Source of the DNA: an uncultured Trueperaceae bacterium
GTDB taxonomy: Bacteria; Deinococcota; Deinococci; Deinococcales; Trueperaceae
DNA length: 64,000 nt
Direction: 5' to 3'
Assembly: GCA_963727505.1 (NCBI GenBank)
Contig: CAVSGP010000002.1
Span: 224,001 to 288,000, forward strand
Each line of letters opens with the position of its first letter. The stretch's first letter is position 1. Positions 1 to 8,732 of this stretch are shown piece by piece. Both the position numbers and the translations under genes were made by a program. The notes beneath the pieces are model-generated. The model saw only the letters and a program-made list of their open reading frames with translations. It did not search any database and was not told the origin of the DNA.

Positions 1-1
1 C

Positions 2-652
2 AACGCCTACCGCGCCTATCGGCCCAGTTCCGGCCTGGTGGCCTCTGCGATCGGCTTGGGCGCACTGTTGTTCGGGGCCTCGGCCGTGCTCGCTCAGCTC
101 AAGAGCGCCCTCAACACCATCTGGGGCGGCTCCGACGCCGGCCGCGAAGGCGTGCTCGGGGCCGTGCTGGACAGGTTGCTGTCGTTCGCGCTGGTGTTCG
201 CTTTGGGCTTCCTGCTACTGGCCTCGTTGCTGTTCAACACGCTCGTCACCGCCTTCAACCGCACCGTCAGCCGGGCGGCCGGGGTCCCTGCCGAGTTGCT
301 CAGCGCCGTCAACGGCGTGGCCGCCCTCATCTTGACGGCCGTGCTGATGGCGGTGCTATACCGCTACCTGCCCGACACCTTGGTGCGCTGGCGCGACGTC
401 GTACCGGGTGCGGGCATCGCCGCCGTGCTGTTCGCCGCCGGCAAGTGGCTCCTGGGCCGCTACCTCGGCCACAGCGCCATCGCCTCCGCCTACGGCGCGG
501 CCGGAGCGCTGATCATCGTGCTGCTGTGGATCTACTACTCGGCGCAGATCTTCTTCCTGGGCGCCGAGCTGACGCGGGCGATCGCCCAGGAGCGGGCCGT
601 TACGCGGCCGGGCTCGCCACCCGGTCGCACCCGGGACCCTGCCGGGCGTTGA
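2..652 (+). CDS. YihY/virulence factor BrkB family inner-membrane protein (5' truncated by window edge)
   Basis: Frame open from base 2. Multi-TM protein with motifs LNTIWG, LYRYLPD, YGAAGALIIVLLWIYYSAQIFFLGAE. Confidence 0.9.
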   Translation, partial: NAYRAYRPSSGLVASAIGLGALLFGASAVLAQLKSALNTIWGGSDAGREGVLGAVLDRLLSFALVFALGFLLLASLLFNTLVTAFNRTVSRAAGVPAELLSAVNGVAALILTAVLMAVLYRYLPDTLVRWRDVVPGAGIAAVLFAAGKWLLGRYLGHSAIASAYGAAGALIIVLLWIYYSAQIFFLGAELTRAIAQERAVTRPGSPPGRTRDPAGR

Positions 653-761
653 GCGGCATGGCGATCTCCGCGTCTGCCGCAGACTCGCCTGGCCTGCGGT
701 CGTGCGGCCCGGGAACCATCCCGCGCCGCACGATCAGAGCGTGCTCGCCAGGGTGCGGCCG

Positions 762-2291
762 CTAGGGCGCGCTGGCGTCGGCGCCGGTCACCGTGAACGA
801 CAGATCGAACGACGGCAGGCGCTCACCGGGATGGTCCACCACGTTCAGCATCGGCAGCAGGAGGTAGTTGGCGTTCGCCGTGCTCGTCGGCGCGCCCGGA
901 CCCTTCAGATCCCCCTTGTAGATGGAGGGGTAGAGGCTGACGTAGTGCGTCCCGGCTTGCCCCGGCGCCTTGATGTGGATGACGACGTCACCCTGGCTGT
1001 TGAAACCGCAGGCGTAGCCGAAGTAGCCGTTGTCCATCACCAGCGTGTAGATGTTGGCGGTCGCGGTCCAGCCGACCCCTTTCAGGTGCACCGTGATGTC
1101 GCCACCGGGTGCCACGGTCCGCGGTGACACCTCGAAGACCGACGGCTTGATGGTGTAGTCGGCCTGCGCCCTGGCGTCCCCGGCGGTGGCGACGATGTGG
1201 TGCACACCACCCAGGTCGTCGGGCGTGTCGAACCGGTACTCGAAGGCGCCGTCGGCGCCGGCCGTGACGCTGGCGAAGGGCCGCGTCGACTCCTGCCAGC
1301 CGGCTCCGGAGATGCGGTTGCCGACCACGGTGCTCCAGGTGAGGTTCACCTCGGAGCCGGCCGGGAAGCCGCGGCCGCGCAACACCGTCGGGCTTCCGAC
1401 CGCGCCGGTGGAGTAGTCGAGCGCCAGCGAGGGCGACGCGCCACCGCCTGCCGACGCAGCGGTGCCGGGCTCACGGTTCAACCCCTGCGTAGCGGCCGGC
1501 GCCGAGGGCACGGCGGGCCCCGGCGTGATGGTGAAGACGGCGCTCTCCACCAGCGGGACCTGCGGGATGTAGATGGGCGCCTGCTGCTCGTTGAGGTAGG
1601 GAGCGGCGTGGGTGCCCACGATGGCCTGTAGGGTGTGCGGGCCGACGGCTCCGGTGGCGGGGATGGTGACGTCCGCGGTGCCGCGGGTGCTCAGCGCAGA
1701 CAGCATGCCGGTATCGGCGCCGTCGTACTTGAGGTGCCACACCAGGTGGTAGAAGCGGTAGCCGAGCCCCGTGAAGCGGATGTGGATGGGCGTGCCTACC
1801 GGCCCCGAGGCGGGCGACATGGTGAGGTGCGGCGAGACGACGAAGCCCTGGCGCGCCACCTTGTCGCCACCGCCATCGAGCAGGAAGACGTTGTGCGTGT
1901 AGCCGTAGTCACCGGGCACGGTGAAATGGAGCGTCAACGTGCCGTCCGCGCCGGCCACGCCGTTGGCCAGCGTGTGCTGCACCGTCGTGGCCGCGATACC
2001 GTTGAAGTCGGCGCCATCGACCTGCCAGGAAGCATCCGCGGTCTCCCACGACAGCGCGACCTTCGCGCCCGGCGTGAGGCCGGTGGCCTGCGCCGTCACC
2101 GCCGTGCCGACCGGCCCGTAGGCGGGCGTGAACTCGAGTCGGGCCGCGGCCTGCGCCCGGGCACCGAACATCCCCAGCGCCAGGAGGCCGGCGACCAGGG
2201 CGGCCAGAAGAGTGCGCGCGCGCTGGCCGGCGCGCCGCGGCGGCGCGCCGGCCAGGACGCCGTTTGCCATCGCTTGCCGAGTGTCTACCAT
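762..2291 (-). CDS. Secreted protein with four Ig-like/beta-sandwich repeats, function unknown
   Basis: ATG at 2291 after GAGGTGG. Signal peptide ends near ARAQA. Internal A-B-A-B duplication (GPVGT...G.....V.L.W.T and SP..G..G..I.....G.G). Confidence 0.7.
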   Translation of the reverse strand: MVDTRQAMANGVLAGAPPRRAGQRARTLLAALVAGLLALGMFGARAQAAARLEFTPAYGPVGTAVTAQATGLTPGAKVALSWETADASWQVDGADFNGIAATTVQHTLANGVAGADGTLTLHFTVPGDYGYTHNVFLLDGGGDKVARQGFVVSPHLTMSPASGPVGTPIHIRFTGLGYRFYHLVWHLKYDGADTGMLSALSTRGTADVTIPATGAVGPHTLQAIVGTHAAPYLNEQQAPIYIPQVPLVESAVFTITPGPAVPSAPAATQGLNREPGTAASAGGGASPSLALDYSTGAVGSPTVLRGRGFPAGSEVNLTWSTVVGNRISGAGWQESTRPFASVTAGADGAFEYRFDTPDDLGGVHHIVATAGDARAQADYTIKPSVFEVSPRTVAPGGDITVHLKGVGWTATANIYTLVMDNGYFGYACGFNSQGDVVIHIKAPGQAGTHYVSLYPSIYKGDLKGPGAPTSTANANYLLLPMLNVVDHPGERLPSFDLSFTVTGADASAP

Positions 2292-2404
2292 GATCCACCT
2301 CACGTTCTTCGCGTTCTGCGGAACGACCGCACGGTCCTTCGCACCGGCCGCCTTCGACCCACTCGCGGCGACCGTTCGATCCGCCCGGCGTCCGAAACAA
2401 CGAC

Positions 2405-2439
2405 GGCTGCGGCCCCACGCCAAGGGTGGAGCCGCAGCC
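2405..2439 (-). terminator. GC-rich hairpin between the two minus-strand secreted-protein genes (terminator or mRNA stabiliser)
   Basis: GGCTGCGGC(2405-2413)...GCCGCAGCC(2431-2439), 30 nt after the stop at 2469. No U-tract. Confidence 0.35.
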
Positions 2440-2468
2440 ACAGTGTTGCCTTCGTTATGCGGACGGGC

Positions 2469-2951
2469 TCAGGACTGCGGTTTGGCAATCGTGAGCTGGT
2501 TGAGCCCGACGCCCTGCCCGATCGGCGTGAACGAATCCTTGTGCCCCGCGCCGTCGGTCACCGTGAGCGTCCAGTTGTAGGTCCCAGTTGCCACGTCGGC
2601 GGGGATGTCCCAGGCACCGGTCCAGAAGTGCTCCTGGTTGCTGGCAGGGGCACTCGGGGGGTGCGCCCCGTAATTCATGTCGACGGTGTCGCCGTTGTCG
2701 AGCGTGACCTGGAGCTTGATCCCGCGCGCCTTGATGGCGTCCGGCGTGAGACGGCCGCCCGTTACGGCGTCGAAGACGTAGGCCTGCCATACCACAGCCT
2801 CGCCAGGTTGGAACACGGTGTTGGAGACGCACACCGGACCCTTGGCGTTGGTCCCGCCTCGGATCGTCGCCATCTGTACGAAGTACGTGTTGGCGAAGGC
2901 CGACGTGGCCAGCACCGCCACAAGCACGATCAACCACTTTGCGTAACGCAT
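2469..2951 (-). CDS. Secreted hypothetical protein (single beta-sandwich)
   Basis: SD GGAGGGAG then ATG 2951. Signal peptide MRYAKWLIVLVAVLATSAFA. High-GC3 codon usage. Confidence 0.8.
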   Translation of the reverse strand: MRYAKWLIVLVAVLATSAFANTYFVQMATIRGGTNAKGPVCVSNTVFQPGEAVVWQAYVFDAVTGGRLTPDAIKARGIKLQVTLDNGDTVDMNYGAHPPSAPASNQEHFWTGAWDIPADVATGTYNWTLTVTDGAGHKDSFTPIGQGVGLNQLTIAKPQS

Positions 2952-3016
2952 GGTTCTCCCTCCGAATGCTGCCCATGAACGAACCATCTGGCTTCATCTT
3001 CGAGAGTAGCATCGAA

Positions 3017-3049
3017 CGGGACGTTCGTACCCATAGGACGAATGTCCCG
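3017..3049. promoter_or_regulatory. Inverted repeat, candidate operator between divergent genes
   Basis: CGGGACGTTCGT-N9-ACGAATGTCCCG, 12-bp arms with 1 mismatch. Confidence 0.4.
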
Positions 3050-3165
3050 GCAGCGGCCGCGGTACCGCACGCGTCCCCAGCGTTATCACGTCAGGCTCAA
3101 CCGTTTCATGCGACCGACGCTCACCATGGCCGACGGCCCCCTCACGGGGCCGGAAGGAGATCGGC

Positions 3166-3780
3166 ATGCGCATGCCTACCAGGATCCTGACCGGCGCCAT
3201 CGTGCTGCTGGCGGGCGCGACGTTCGCCCAGCAGATGCCAAGCACCCCGGTGAGCCAGGAGTTCCCGCACGTTCTCGCCACGGTGGACCTGCAGCCCGGC
3301 CAGTCCGCTTCCATCACCGTTCCGGACGCCTACTTCACGGGCGCGGCCCCCGGGGAGATGACGATCTACATCCCGACGGACGCCTTCCGGGATCCCGTCC
3401 GCTTCCAGGTGCTGGCATCGTCCAACAGCCGCTGGGACGGCATGGTGAAGAGCGGCCTGAAGGTGGTCGCGAACTTCGCCTACCGCGTGGTCGACACCAG
3501 GACCGGGCAGCCCGTCCAGGCCTTCCAGGCGCCCGCGCAATACACGGTATCCGACGGCATGATCGACGGACACAGCGTGTACTGGGCCGTCAAACCGGGC
3601 GGCTCCCCCCAGATCATCGACGCCAACGCCCACAGCACCGTCCACGGCAACGTGCTCTCCCACCCCACGCCGACGGCGGCGGTGGGCTGGATCATCACCA
3701 CACCCAAGGCCGACCTGGCGAGCACGATGAAGAGCGGGGCTTCCAACGGCGGCTCGGGCTCGGGCGGCAACGGCATGTAG
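3166..3780 (+). CDS. Secreted hypothetical protein
   Basis: SD GAAGGAG. Signal peptide ...LLAGATFA. Gly/Ser-rich C-terminal tail. Confidence 0.75.
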   Translation: MRMPTRILTGAIVLLAGATFAQQMPSTPVSQEFPHVLATVDLQPGQSASITVPDAYFTGAAPGEMTIYIPTDAFRDPVRFQVLASSNSRWDGMVKSGLKVVANFAYRVVDTRTGQPVQAFQAPAQYTVSDGMIDGHSVYWAVKPGGSPQIIDANAHSTVHGNVLSHPTPTAAVGWIITTPKADLASTMKSGASNGGSGSGGNGM

Positions 3781-3935
3781 CTCCGTCCGACCCTCACGAG
3801 CCCCGCGCGACCGCCGCACTCCGAGTCGCCTTACGTCGGCCCTGGCGCGGGGCTCAAGCCCCGCCCGGACCCGGACGGCGCCTGAGCGCGGGGCCGCGCG
3901 CACGCTCCGGCGCCCGCGGGCGCCGGAGCGCCGCC

Positions 3936-5030
3936 TCAGCCCTCGCGGTAGAAGCGACTGTTGCGGTAGTACGCGTCGAACAACAGCTTGGCGAAGCCCA
4001 TCAGCGGAACGGCCAGCAGCGCCCCCAGAACGCCGGCGAAGTGCAGGCCCAGCAGCAGCGCGATGACGACGGTGGTGGGGTGGAGGCGCACCGTACGCCC
4101 CAGCACCAGCGGCTCCAGCACGTGCCCCTCGAGCTGGTTCGCGACGGTATAGACGATCAGCACCCCCATCACCGTCCACCACCCCAACGGCGCCGCCAGC
4201 AACAACGCCGGCGTGATGGCGATGATGGGCCCGAGGTAGGGCACGAGGTCGAACAACCCGCCCAGGAACCCCAGAGACAAGGCCAGGGGCACGCCCAGGA
4301 CGGCGAGCCCCAGCCCGGTGACCGCGCCGACGATGCCCGCGACGATGAGCTGACCGCGGAAGTAGCCGCCTACGGCGTGCTCGAACTTGTCGATCACGTC
4401 GGCGACGGTGGCCTGGTAGGGCTCCGGGGCGGCGAGTTGGAGGCTGCGGGTCACGCGCTGGAAGTCCGCCAGCAGGTAGGCGGTGAGCGCGAGCAGCCCG
4501 AGGAGCCGCACGACATCGCCGACGAGCGTACGCAGGGTATGGAACAGCCCGCCCCCCGTGACGTAGGTGGCGAACTGGTCCAGGAAGTGGCTGGCCCACT
4601 GACTGACCTGAACATGGAGCGCGCCGTAGGCGTTGCTCAGGGGGACCTTCACGGACTGCGGCAGGGGGGCGTCCCGGATGAGCCCCGGAACGCTCTGTGT
4701 GACGGTGGTGGCCTGCTGGATCAGGGCGGGGAGCTGGTCCGGCAGCCCCGAGAGCTGCTCGAAAAGGTCGAAGAACAACAGCGCGAACAGGGCGAGCACC
4801 GCCAGAACAGCGAGCACCGACACGACCAGACCCACCCAGCGCACATGGAAGCGGCGCCGGCTCCAACGCACCAACGGGTGGAGCAGATAGGCCAGCACGA
4901 AGGCGGTCACCACGATGAACCACACGCCGCGGGTGACCACCACGAACCAGACGACGCCGGCGAGAAGCGCCAGCGCCACGAGGACCCGCGCCAGCGGGCG
5001 ACGCCACAGGCTCTGGATCGCGTCACGCAT
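3936..5030 (-). CDS. AI-2E family transporter
   Basis: ATG 5030 after GGAGG. Motifs AYLLHPLV, GYFRGQ, LVPYLGP, NQLEGHVLEP, LHP...GALLAVP. Confidence 0.9.
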   Translation of the reverse strand: MRDAIQSLWRRPLARVLVALALLAGVVWFVVVTRGVWFIVVTAFVLAYLLHPLVRWSRRRFHVRWVGLVVSVLAVLAVLALFALLFFDLFEQLSGLPDQLPALIQQATTVTQSVPGLIRDAPLPQSVKVPLSNAYGALHVQVSQWASHFLDQFATYVTGGGLFHTLRTLVGDVVRLLGLLALTAYLLADFQRVTRSLQLAAPEPYQATVADVIDKFEHAVGGYFRGQLIVAGIVGAVTGLGLAVLGVPLALSLGFLGGLFDLVPYLGPIIAITPALLLAAPLGWWTVMGVLIVYTVANQLEGHVLEPLVLGRTVRLHPTTVVIALLLGLHFAGVLGALLAVPLMGFAKLLFDAYYRNSRFYREG

Positions 5031-5182
5031 GCTCTCGCCCCCTTCCCTCCGGCTCGGTCCCGGCCCGTCCGGGACGCCCACCGGCAATCTACCGCGCGGC
5101 GAAGGCCGTTCAGGACGCACCCCCGACGTGCGGAGCGCTCGGGCGGCACGCGGGGGCGCTGTGCACAAGCCCTTGGAGTGGT

Positions 5183-5202
5183 GTGTACCGCCGTGGTACA
5201 CT
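5183..5202 (+). promoter_or_regulatory. Extended -10 (TGnTACACT) inside a 7-bp inverted repeat upstream of the sigma gene
   Basis: GTGTACC-GCCGT-GGTACAC at 5183-5201. TACACT at 5197-5202. Confidence 0.35.
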
Positions 5203-5371
5203 TGCGCCGTTTGGCGGCGGCACACTGCCTCGTCACGCCCCCCGCCAGCACGACGTCGATCACGCGGCCGACCCGGACCGGGGCCGGCGCGCGTTCACGC
5301 TCGGGCACGCTCGGGGCGGGTCGCCCGAAGCCGCGCGGGACGGGGGACGGCCGCCGGCCGGAGATGATTCC

Positions 5372-6424
5372 ATGACCAGATCCCCGATCCAGGAGCAACA
5401 CGACCACGAACACGAGCACGATCCCCTCGACCAAGACACCGTCCGTGACCAGGACCCGGGGGAGGGGCAGGCGAGCGCTCAAGCCGCGCAGCGGAACACC
5501 GCGGATGACGGCAACGACCTTCAGCGCTACCTCAGCGAGATCGGACGGGTTCCCCTGCTCGCTCGCGACGAAGAGGTGGCACTGGCGCGCCGCGTCGACA
5601 GCGGCAGGGAAGCCGAGGCCCGGCTCGCGGCCGAGGGGGACGCTCTCGACCCGCGCGAGCACCGGCGTCTGACGCGCCAGATCGAGGACGCCGAGCGCGC
5701 GCGCCAGGATCTTATCGAGGCCAATCTGCGGCTGGTGGTGTCGGTCGCCAAGCGCTATCGCGCCCGCGGTCTGTCCCTGCTAGATCTCATCCAGGAAGGC
5801 AACGCCGGGCTCATGCATGCGGTCGAGAAGTACGACGTCAGCACCGGGTACAAGTTCTCGACCTACGCGGTGTGGTGGATCCGTCAGGCCGTGGCGCGTT
5901 CGCTGGCGAACGCCTCGCGCACCATCCGCCTGCCGGTGCACTTCCAGGAGACGCTCAGCAAGCTACGCTCCAACGCCGAACGGCTCGAGCAGGAGCTGGG
6001 CCGTCCCCCGAGCCGCGAGGAGATCGCCGGCGTGATGGGCGAGGGCTGGACCGTGGAACGTGTCGACCACACCCTGCGTCAGGCGCGCGACACCCTTTCG
6101 CTCGAACGGCCCATCGGCGAGGAGCAGGACACTACCCTCGGCGAGATGCTGCCCGACACCGATGCCGACGCACCCGTCGAGCTCGCCAGCGAGACCGCCC
6201 TCTCCGACCAGCTGAGGCGCCTGCTCGGGCGCCTCTCCGAGCGGGAAGCCAACGTACTGAGGCTGCGCTTCGGCCTGGTCGACGGGGAGCAGCACACCCT
6301 CGAGGACATCGGGCGGCACTACGGCATCACCCGCGAGGCGGTGCGCCAGGGCGAGGCCCGCGCGCTGCGAAAGTTGCAGTACCTGGCGCGCCGTGACGTC
6401 TCGCTGCGCGACTTCCTCGACTGA
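5372..6424 (+). CDS. RNA polymerase sigma-70 factor, RpoD/SigA-like, lacking region 1.1
   Basis: Region 1.2 YLSEIGRVPLL; region 2 ANLRLVVSVAKRY...DLIQEGN...KFSTYAVWWIRQ; region 3 RTIRLPVH; region 4 LRFGL...TLEDIG...TREAVRQ. Confidence 0.92.
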   Translation: MTRSPIQEQHDHEHEHDPLDQDTVRDQDPGEGQASAQAAQRNTADDGNDLQRYLSEIGRVPLLARDEEVALARRVDSGREAEARLAAEGDALDPREHRRLTRQIEDAERARQDLIEANLRLVVSVAKRYRARGLSLLDLIQEGNAGLMHAVEKYDVSTGYKFSTYAVWWIRQAVARSLANASRTIRLPVHFQETLSKLRSNAERLEQELGRPPSREEIAGVMGEGWTVERVDHTLRQARDTLSLERPIGEEQDTTLGEMLPDTDADAPVELASETALSDQLRRLLGRLSEREANVLRLRFGLVDGEQHTLEDIGRHYGITREAVRQGEARALRKLQYLARRDVSLRDFLD

Positions 6425-6445
6425 GCCCCGGGAGCGGTGGGGGCC

Positions 6446-6678
6446 ATGCCGTGCAACGAGCACAGGCGTGCAACGAGCACAGGACCTTCATCCTGCGGGT
6501 CTGGCTGGAGCGTGGGCACCCAGACCAAGGAGCATGCTGGCGCGCCTCGCTCACCTCGCTCACCGACGAGAGCGACCGTCGAGAGCGACCGTGCGAGACG
6601 CAGTCTTTCTCGTCCCTGACAATGCTCCTAGCCTATCTGCGCGACCCGCTCGCGCCCCTGACGGGGTGGCCGGCATGA
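6446..6678 (+). CDS. Small conserved-type hypothetical protein (FILRVW...WRASL...F.SL..L..YL); 5' end disrupted by a 17-bp duplication
   Basis: ATG 6446 is out of frame with the body only because of the tandem duplication at 6450-6483. GTG 6451 is in frame. Confidence 0.55.
6450..6483. repeat. Perfect 17-bp tandem duplication
   Basis: CGTGCAACGAGCACAGG x2. Confidence 0.95.
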
Positions 6679-6689
6679 GCCCCCACCCC

Positions 6690-6719
6690 TTGCAGGCGCC
6701 CCCAAGCGAGCGCTATACT
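6690..6719 (+). promoter_or_regulatory. Sigma70-type promoter
   Basis: TTGCAG-N18-TATACT upstream of the 6843 ORF. Confidence 0.55.
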
Positions 6720-6842
6720 TGACGTCCGATATAGACCTTTGCGCTGTCTTTTCGAGAACAGGCTTGCCGCATCTCACCGCACGGGTGAACGTCGCACCGA
6801 ACCCCTGAGCACATCCTGGAGCGGAAAACCCACAGGAGTTGC

Positions 6843-7091
6843 ATGATGGTTCGCGAGAGCGCGCGTATCTTCGCACCGATCACGGGCGGTCGAGGGGTCC
6901 GTCCCGTGACCCCCATCTCCCCCAACCGCTGGAAGGGTGAATCGGACTGCATCGTCGGTCCGTTCTCGAACCGCGGGCTGGCCTTCGGCTTCGCCAACGT
7001 GACCACCGACTTTGGTCAGTACGGCGGAGTCCGCTTCCACATCTTCGCCAAGCGCGACTCCTGGTACGTCGAGGTGGAGTTGCAGGGCTGA
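6843..7091 (+). CDS. Small hypothetical protein (82 aa)
   Basis: SD CAGGAG, own promoter, coding-like GC3 bias. Confidence 0.7.
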   Translation: MMVRESARIFAPITGGRGVRPVTPISPNRWKGESDCIVGPFSNRGLAFGFANVTTDFGQYGGVRFHIFAKRDSWYVEVELQG

Positions 7092-7275
7092 CGCCTCCGG
7101 ACCCGGGTCGGGGCGCCGGCCGGAACAGGGAGTCGAAGGCGCGTGCCACAAGCACGCGCCTTCGTTCGTGGTGGTCCCGTGGGAGCCCGGGCAGCCTCGC
7201 GGCCGCCGATGTCATCGCCGACACCTCGGCGGCGCGCGGGCACACCGTGGCCACCTTCGGTCGAGGGCCGCCCCG

Positions 7276-7818
7276 TCAGTAGGCGGTGGGGAGCTCGAGC
7301 ACCATCCGCACGAACGCCCGCGTGCCCGCCCGGTTCAACGTCAGGCGCACGGCCGTGAGTTGGTTCTCCTGACAGGAGCACGTGAAGACGTAGGCGTTGC
7401 CGCCGAACAGCTCCTGGCTGGGCGTGAACCCGAGCGCCGGAAGGCGCTGGTGGAAGTAGCTCAGGACGTCGTAGGGATCGGTGGTGGCGAGATCGAAGGG
7501 GATCTCGATGCCACGCTCGGAGACGTCGATGCCGATCACCGCGCGCGCAACGCTGCGCGTCACACCCACCACCGCCGCCCGGTCGGCCTCGGTGGTGGTG
7601 AAGCGCAGCCCGCCCTCCACCTCACCGGGCATGAGGGCCACCTTCACGGTATTCGTGCCCATGTTGCGCGTGAAGATCAGCGAGCCGACGACGTCGCCGG
7701 CGTAGTTGAAGGCGCTGTCGTCGAAGACGAGGGAAGGCGCCACGAACCGCGTGGACTGGGCAAGCGCGATGCCGGCGAACGCGCCGCACAGGGCAAGGGC
7801 GGCAAACAGTCTGCGCAT
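7276..7818 (-). CDS. Secreted hypothetical protein
   Basis: SD GGAG. Signal peptide MRRLFAALALCGAFAGIALA. Confidence 0.75.
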   Translation of the reverse strand: MRRLFAALALCGAFAGIALAQSTRFVAPSLVFDDSAFNYAGDVVGSLIFTRNMGTNTVKVALMPGEVEGGLRFTTTEADRAAVVGVTRSVARAVIGIDVSERGIEIPFDLATTDPYDVLSYFHQRLPALGFTPSQELFGGNAYVFTCSCQENQLTAVRLTLNRAGTRAFVRMVLELPTAY

Positions 7819-8043
7819 AGCGTGCTCCAATGCCGACAGCCAGGGACTTCGATCGCCGTGGGCGGCAGCTTCTCACCTCCCTGGGGAGCGCTCGATCGCG
7901 CCCGCTAGACCTCGGCCCCCGGCCGTTCGGCCGACACGAAGTGCCGCGGCGTCCGCTGGAGAGGTCGCACAGTGAGAGGGGACGGTTGCGCTGGCTCCGC
8001 CCCGAGTGTGAGCCAGGGAAGGGCATCCCGCTAGAGCCAAACG

Positions 8044-8676
8044 TCACCGCGCGAGCCCGGCCGCCGCCCCACCGATGGCCTCACCGAGGCCCTCGGTGGC
8101 GACCACCCTCGCCAGCTCCGGGCGGGGCGTCAGGGCGCTCAGGAAGGCTTCGTCTGCCTGGCCCGTTCCCACGGCGATCACCCGGATTCCGGCGGAGCGC
8201 GCCGCGGCGGCGGCATCCAGGGTGGCCTCACGGCTGTCGGGCATGCCGTCGGTGATGAGCAGGATCACGCGGCGCCCGCTGCGCAGGCGCAGCCGACCCG
8301 CCGCCATGCGCAGCGCCCGGGCCATATCGGTGCGCCCGTTGGGCATGAGCCCGGTGATGCTCCTCTGGAAGCGGTACGGGTTGCGCGTCGCACCAGTGAG
8401 TACCCGCGCCGTGGAACCGAAACCGATGACGCCGACGGCGTAGTTCCGCCGCCACGCCTCGTAGAAGAAGCGGATGGAGCCCCGCAGGAGCTGCGGCATC
8501 TTGCCCGGGTCGGCCATGCTCGCCGACAGGTCGAGGCACAGGTAGACGGTGCCGGTCAGCCGCGCCCGGCGCCCCACCAGCGCGTCGACCACGCGGCTCG
8601 CCAGCGAAGCCGGCGCGCCGTCGCGGCCGGGACGAACGGCCGGCGGCCCGGCCGGCCTCGATCGGTCGTCCACCAT
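8044..8676 (-). CDS. Stand-alone VWA domain protein
   Basis: MIDAS motif DLSASM, T in GRTDM, ILLITDG. Leaderless TAGAGT-N5-ATG. Confidence 0.85.
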   Translation of the reverse strand: MVDDRSRPAGPPAVRPGRDGAPASLASRVVDALVGRRARLTGTVYLCLDLSASMADPGKMPQLLRGSIRFFYEAWRRNYAVGVIGFGSTARVLTGATRNPYRFQRSITGLMPNGRTDMARALRMAAGRLRLRSGRRVILLITDGMPDSREATLDAAAAARSAGIRVIAVGTGQADEAFLSALTPRPELARVVATEGLGEAIGGAAAGLAR

Positions 8677-8732
8677 GACCTACTCTAGCGCCGCTCGGTA
8701 CACCCTCCCGCCCAGGCGTATGCTTCGGAGCG

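Noticed and set aside
3013..3027. CGAAC-N5-GTTCG resembling a Gram-positive LexA box
   Set aside because: Spacer is 5 rather than 4 nt and the neighbouring genes are not SOS-like.
3042..5375. 777-aa ORF and similar long ORFs (3142-5007, 10629-12668, 30196-32499, 43550-45355, 49992-51923, 52482-54434)
   Set aside because: Arg/Pro/Gly-rich shadow frames overlapping well-supported genes, expected at this GC content. Only the last 272 aa of 30196-32499 (the hydrolase) is real.
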